DNA of 64,000 bases from Nitrospiraceae bacterium (GTDB lineage Bacteria > Nitrospirota > Nitrospiria > Nitrospirales > Nitrospiraceae): the NCBI GenBank assembly GCA_050246315.1, contig JBFWWG010000001.1:512001-576000 (forward strand), in the 5' to 3' direction. Shown one piece after another: positions 63,937-64,000 of this stretch (positions are counted from its first letter, which is position 1; each line of letters opens with the position of its first letter). The notes under the pieces were generated by a model, which worked only from the letters and a program-made list of their open reading frames with translations, was not told the origin of the DNA and did not search any database. The translations under genes were made by a program, and so were the position numbers.

Positions 63937-64000
63937 TCGCCGCAGTAGAAAGGTCAATGCCCGCCAGACTCCTAGCAGCCGAAAACCGCGAAACCCACCA

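Overview
GC-rich chromosomal window, most likely from a Nitrospira-like bacterium (inferred from gene content and repeat style, not proven). The left end is an integron with an inverted integrase. The intact IntI (3185-4420, with an unusual N-terminal extension) is co-directional with its cassette array, an IS3-family element sits in attI, and one attC separates two cassettes, the second running off the window. Next come a wzt/methyltransferase/deacetylase/glycosyltransferase cluster lacking wzm, hemL, two tiny CAWC...HGIC paralogues, an RNase-barstar pair, pyk, a HAD phosphatase and an M16 peptidase pair. A decaying toxin-antitoxin patch follows, then macro-domain/MBL/S2P genes and a full kdpFABCDE locus with an extra mini-ORF and two divergent porins. 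The right part holds a SET protein, a TM0106 nuclease, a 1740-aa MnxG-like multicopper oxidase under a sigma54-like promoter, slt, DUF2207-lemA and an M20 peptidase. It also holds a TIR-bounded HUH (RAYT/TIRYT-like) element with tandemly re-copied ends that truncates a SIR2-like gene. Intergenic DNA is dense in several nested repeat/MITE families. One is a ~90-100 bp structured unit ending AGCAAAGCTTGGTAT that forms mini-arrays and abuts the RBS of downstream genes. All calls are by eye from motifs; no searches were run.
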